A DNA stretch of 64,000 nt from Lama guanicoe (Eukaryota): positions 4,194,214-4,258,213 of the forward strand of contig MU054323.1 in NCBI GenBank assembly GCA_013239625.1, in the 5' to 3' direction. Below the pieces are notes generated by a model that saw nothing but the letters and a program-made list of their open reading frames with translations, did not search any database and was not told the origin of the DNA. The first letter of the stretch is position 1; each line of letters opens with the position of its first letter. This document shows, piece after piece, positions 59,481 to 64,000 of the stretch. The translations under genes and the position numbers were made by a program.

Positions 59481-60550
59481 AACACCCTCTCTGTGTGCTA
59501 TCCATGTATTAATCTTTTAACCACATTTATCTTCCAAATGAGTACAGTTGAAAAACCATGTTTCAGTCTAACATAGTGCAACAATCCCTTGTACAACTGA
59601 AAACACACAATCTCTTCCAAAGTTTGATACAAATTCTTTTAATTTGTCTTTGGGTGATGTGTATTCCTCTTGCTTGAGTCACATTCTCCTTTTGGTATCC
59701 TGTAATTGAAGTACTGAGATAAACTTAATCACCATTACCATATCTTATGTCAGATAATAGAGGAATGGGAGACATGAAGAGAAAACAAATGGTTAATATG
59801 TAATATGCATTGAGACCTATTCATATTAAAATAAGGAAGAAACACTAAACATTATTATAGTTCTTGTTTCTGCAGTTGGCCATGTGGTTATATCTGGTGT
59901 TTTTCGCTACCTTTTTCTGCTGCTTGTTCTCTATCTCATTTTTCCTTTGCCTCTACAAAATACCTCTACTGGTTTTGGCGCCTTCCCAGATGGGGTGACC
60001 CAAACCATTATTCCTGAAGGTTTTAGGGCATTAGTATTCCTGCCTGTGTAGGGTTGTTGAAAATTTCCATTGACTTTAATTGTAGGACCTAGAGTACTAA
60101 GAGATACTAAGAGAAATCCCATAAATTCCAGATGAACACTTCCTTACCTCCAATATGATCTAGCAATTCTGTATCCTCTTGAAAGCATCAATACCCCAGT
60201 CAGTACAATAAATTGCCTTTTTTACCTGTTGAATGAAGCTCAGAGTGGTTGGTGGCTGTCTCAACTACCAGTTTCAGTAAAGCATTGTTGTGTAACCTGC
60301 GGGAAGCATGCTTCCTTGGGACCTAGGTCTTGTAGACCAGGAAAGGCCAAAGTGATGATGGTAAAGCAAAACCTTCTCTTGTGGATCACCAGCGAAATCA
60401 CTGACAGGAACCATCTTGTTTTCAGAACCCTTGATTCCAGGACCTGAAAGCTCTGACTAGGAGGGAAGCAGCACCACATATTGCTTGCTGATTTAGAGCA
60501 TAATGCATTTCCGGAGGTTAGTGCTATACTAACGTCCTGGAAGACGCAAG
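59481..60550 (-). mobile_element. ERV-L internal 3' region (integrase C-terminus and downstream pol), defective
   Basis: ORF 59931..60122 PTIKVNGNFQQPYTGRNTNALKPSGIMVWVTPSGKAPKPVEV matches ERV-L PVIKVNGKLQQPNPGRTTNGPDPSGMKVWVTPPGKKPRPAEV. The minus strand near 60440-60500 reads YALNQQAICGAAS (ERV-L YALNQRPIYGAVS). Confidence 0.85.
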
Positions 60551-60554
60551 GGTT

Positions 60555-61015
60555 GTGCTTCCTTCCAGGTCCTCATTCAGCTTGTTTCTTTGGCTTGTAC
60601 AGAAGACAGATGGATCAGGGAGAATGACAGTGGATTATCATAAACTCAGTCAGGTTGTGACTCCAATTACAGCTCCTGTTTCAGATGTGGTTTCATTCCT
60701 AGAGCAAATCAACACGTACCTTGGCTCCTGGATCTGGCAAATGCCCTTTTCTCTACATTTGTTACTAAAGATCCGTAGATGCTGTTAAGCTTCACCTCAT
60801 GGGACCAGCCATACACCTTCATGGTACTATGTCAACTTTCCAGTTACATGTCATATGTTCTCAGGCAGATCATGCTAGTCCATTACATTGTTGAGATCAT
60901 ACCATTGAACCTGATGAGTTGAATGTAGCAATAACCCCATACACATTGGTAAGAAACATGTGTGCCAGAGAGTAGGAAATAAATCCCACCTGTAAGATGA
61001 CTTCAGGTCATTAGT
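60555..61015 (+). mobile_element. ERV-L reverse transcriptase fragment in opposite orientation
   Basis: ORF 60555..60788 WLVQKTDGSGRMTVDYHKLSQVVTPITAPVSDVVSFLEQINT matches ERV-L RT. Further on, 'atgctagtccattacattgttgagatc' (MLVHYIVEI, decayed YIDD) and 'gaaataaatccc' (EINP). Confidence 0.9.
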
Positions 61016-61184
61016 GTCTACCTTTGGGGCCAGGGGCTCAATCATCCAAATACCTGGATGGCCCTTCTGTGTAGCCTGTGTGCTTCCAGTTGCTCCAGCA
61101 GGGTGACATCTAGTCAGTCTATTTAAAATCACACCTCCTACCCCTACCAGCTACACAGCCCTGATCTATTAGAGTGGAGGCAAC

Positions 61185-61565
61185 AGCAGTGGAGTGGAAA
61201 TTCCTGAGTCAATGTCAAAAGCCATAGTTTTGTTACTTCTGTCCATGTATTTTCTTGGATAGGTCAGTTTCTTCATCTTTAAGATGAAAACAACAAAAAT
61301 ACAGCTCATGCAACTCATGTGGTTGATAGGAGGGTTACCTGTGATGATATATATACAATGTCATAAGGAATTTATTGCTGTACAGTAGACATTTTATGAA
61401 TCTGAGTGTGTTTAATCCATGTGCACTTTCATCCACTGTTACAGATGAGGAACAAAGTTTCTGACAAGTCCTTCAACTTGCCCAGGCTCACACTGTTGGG
61501 AGGTCATGGAGCCAGGATGTGAACTCCAGCTGTTTTGTTAGCAAACCTGTGTTCTTTCCATTTGG
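61185..61565. mobile_element. Two MIR SINEs in opposite orientations
   Basis: 'tcagtttcttcatctttaagatgaaaacaaca...ctcatgtggttgataggagggtt' (+) and 'ttacagatgaggaacaaag...aacttgcccaggctcacactg...ggagccaggatgtgaactccag' (-). Confidence 0.65.
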
Positions 61566-64000
61566 CATGCTCCCACTTTGCCAGGGGGCACTGTAAACCC
61601 TGTATACCAACAGTGTCTAAATCCAGATTCTGTGCTGTTCTTCCTGAATTCATGCTGAAGTGCATTGATCTTCCCTTCCCCTTCCCTAAAGTCCTCTGGG
61701 GGCTCTGCCTTTAATTCCTAGGATGAATCAGGCTTTCTTTTTAAAAATTTATTTTCATTTTGAAAATCACCCTTCTGTACATTATAGTTTACAAGGCACT
61801 TTTACTTGCACTTTTATGTTCTCTCATGTAAAAGTCCGTGGGGTAGAGCTTAATTTTATTCTGTCTGTGAGACACTGAGGCTTAGGTAGATAATAATGTA
61901 TCAAAGCTTATACGGCTGGTGAGTGGCAGAGGCACCTTTCTCCAGCGTTAGGGCTCTCCCCCACTGTTTCAATCCTACATGAGGCTCTAAGTATCTGTTG
62001 AATGTGGGAAACCATATTTTCCCCCTTACCAGGAGGCCTCTTGGAACCAGACACAGCTTCCCTCAGGAAGAATATGGGTGCAGTAAATCTCAGAAGGTGC
62101 ACAGATGTTCACACACCAATGGGCCGTAGAAGCACCTAAAATCTCAGGATACATTTATTTCACAATTCTGTTAGAAGGAAAACCCCGCTAAAAGCCACAA
62201 GCATCAGAACCGAGCAAACTCAGGCTTATGGGCTATGATTATACTGAGGGTAATAGGATAATGAGAATGCTCCCAGTGCTCACCAGTGACCTTGCTTTAC
62301 TTCAGACAGTGTGAAATGAACCAGTCTTCTGTCAAACCTCCTATTAGAAATGACTAACACTCTTGAATAAAGAGTGACAACCCATCATTGAGCCAGGAAG
62401 AATGTTAGGATTCATCGTAGGCCAAAAACTCAGTGAAAGCAGGAACTCGAGGACTGGGAAATCACTGAATACAGCTTTTTATTTTCCCTTGAGGCCATTT
62501 GCTGGCTCCTGGACGCAATGAGCTTCAGTTTTCAAGGGTGGGACAGGGATCTAATATTAGAGGCCAGATCTCAAGGACTGTAATCTCAGAAGAGGTTCTA
62601 ACGCACCATCAAAGTCTTTACCAATTATGTTTATTTTCTGTCTCCCCAGTGTAGGCTGAACCACTTGAAACCATTTTTGATTCAGTATAATAGGATGCCA
62701 TAGAGATTTCTGCCCACAGCTGTCTGTCTAATAACTAAAATAATATCTGGTACGTAGTAGGTTTTTTGATGGAATGAATGAATGAAATTAAGTTGTAAAC
62801 CAATCATTAAAAGATAAATCACTCCAGATGAGAGTTTAAACAATGTACCCAAACAACCCATAAGTAAAAGAAGAATTCACAATGAAAATGAAAGGAAACC
62901 TAAATTTGGAACCTGCCAGGAATAGGAGAGAGCAAAAGGGGATCACGAGTGGTCTCTTGGCGTTGCCTTAGTGGGGTTTGACCAGCCAGCTGAGTAAACA
63001 TGTTGACTGCTCCAGTCTCCACTTCATCCTTCCTAGCTGTTATTTGCCAGCTTGAAATTTCTGGCGTTCATTCCCATCTGATTAACAAAGATATTGAAAA
63101 CTAAAAACTCAAGTCTCTTCACTGTTTATAACCAAATGCAATGCACAGATTAGTATTTATGGGAGAGATATGGAATACAAATTAAAAGCCCTATGATGTG
63201 GAGCTCAGAAGCCCTCCTTTCAAAAGTTACCCAAGATTATGTGAAGCTTTCTCACTACCCTGTCTCTTTCATATTTAATCAGATTTTGAGATTAGAGATG
63301 CAATTTCCTTTTGTGTCTAGGGAGGTTTATCAGGATGCTGCACACTACTGTTAACATAATACTCCTCCCCGCCCTGAGGTTATAGAACTGAAAGCGTCTA
63401 TCATATAATTATTCATTAAAAAAGAAAATTATTTACTTTCTTGGTTTAATGAACAAAAAAATTCTGTGAAGTTACATCTCTGTGGGTGAGGTTCAAAAAT
63501 TGATGAGTCAGGTGAAAGTCATGTATACTAGTTAAAATTATACATGCATATCTTTCATACTATCCATAAATTAAAACATACAAGGTTTTAAATGTACAAT
63601 CCTACATGGTATTTTTTGTGTACCTGGTGGGAACCAATGGGTTAACCAAAGATAGAAGTGAGAGACAAGCATATTAGTCAGTGTCCAGCTTTTTAAACCC
63701 CCTGCCTTTAACAAAACTGTCAGATTCATAGCGATGACTATGGGGAAGGCTGAGAAACCTAAAGTGTTTCTGCTTCTTGAAGGGGTGATTCCATTGTGCC
63801 TGAAGAGCAGGTCTCACTGTTGTACGACACATTCATGTGTTTGTTCATGTTGGGAATGATGTGTTATGTCTTACTTACTGTAAGTGGCTACAACTCTGTT
63901 ATTTATGCAATCTGAACATTAGGTACTAAATAAGGATTCAAGTTAGGGGCTAAATCATTTACATATTGGACATGCACTCCTAGATTGCCTCCTTCCAAGA

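Noticed and set aside
1..64000. ORF-track entries as host genes, or any prokaryotic operon, CRISPR or defence system
   Set aside because: The sequence is repeat-rich mammalian DNA. The ORFs are short (at most 188 aa), many start at non-ATG codons, and the recognisable ones are TE fossils. No repeat-spacer array was seen.

Overview
This is mammalian nuclear DNA, most likely from a camelid (alpaca, llama or camel), judged by a Vic-1-type tRNA-derived SINE with a perfect 15-bp target-site duplication and by L1 3' ends that look camelid. It appears intronic or intergenic. I recognise no intact host protein-coding gene, RNA gene or CRISPR array. The ORF track reduces to chance ORFs plus fossil transposon proteins: the L1 ORF2 C-terminus, ERV-L protease/RT/RNase H/integrase, and CR1/L3 RT. 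The window is a layered record of mobile elements: L2, MIR, L3, old and young L1, MLT1/MLT2/LTR33/LTR16-type LTRs, and MER5, MER33/Charlie5, MER2 and Tigger1 derivatives. The most notable observations are: (i) a nested stack at 14.0-18.6 kb (ERV-L, then Charlie5, then a SINE and an L1); (ii) an L1 whose 5' end is fused directly to its 3' end (26.0-27.4 kb); (iii) an ERV-L provirus with an internally inverted RT segment (58.9-61.2 kb); (iv) a 63-nt hairpin of pre-miRNA size at 31951-32013; and (v) a speculative chain of phase-compatible small exons at 21.2-24.7 kb. Repeat family names come from my recollection of consensus sequences, not from a search, and the boundaries of old repeats are approximate. 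I found no convincing novel biological system.
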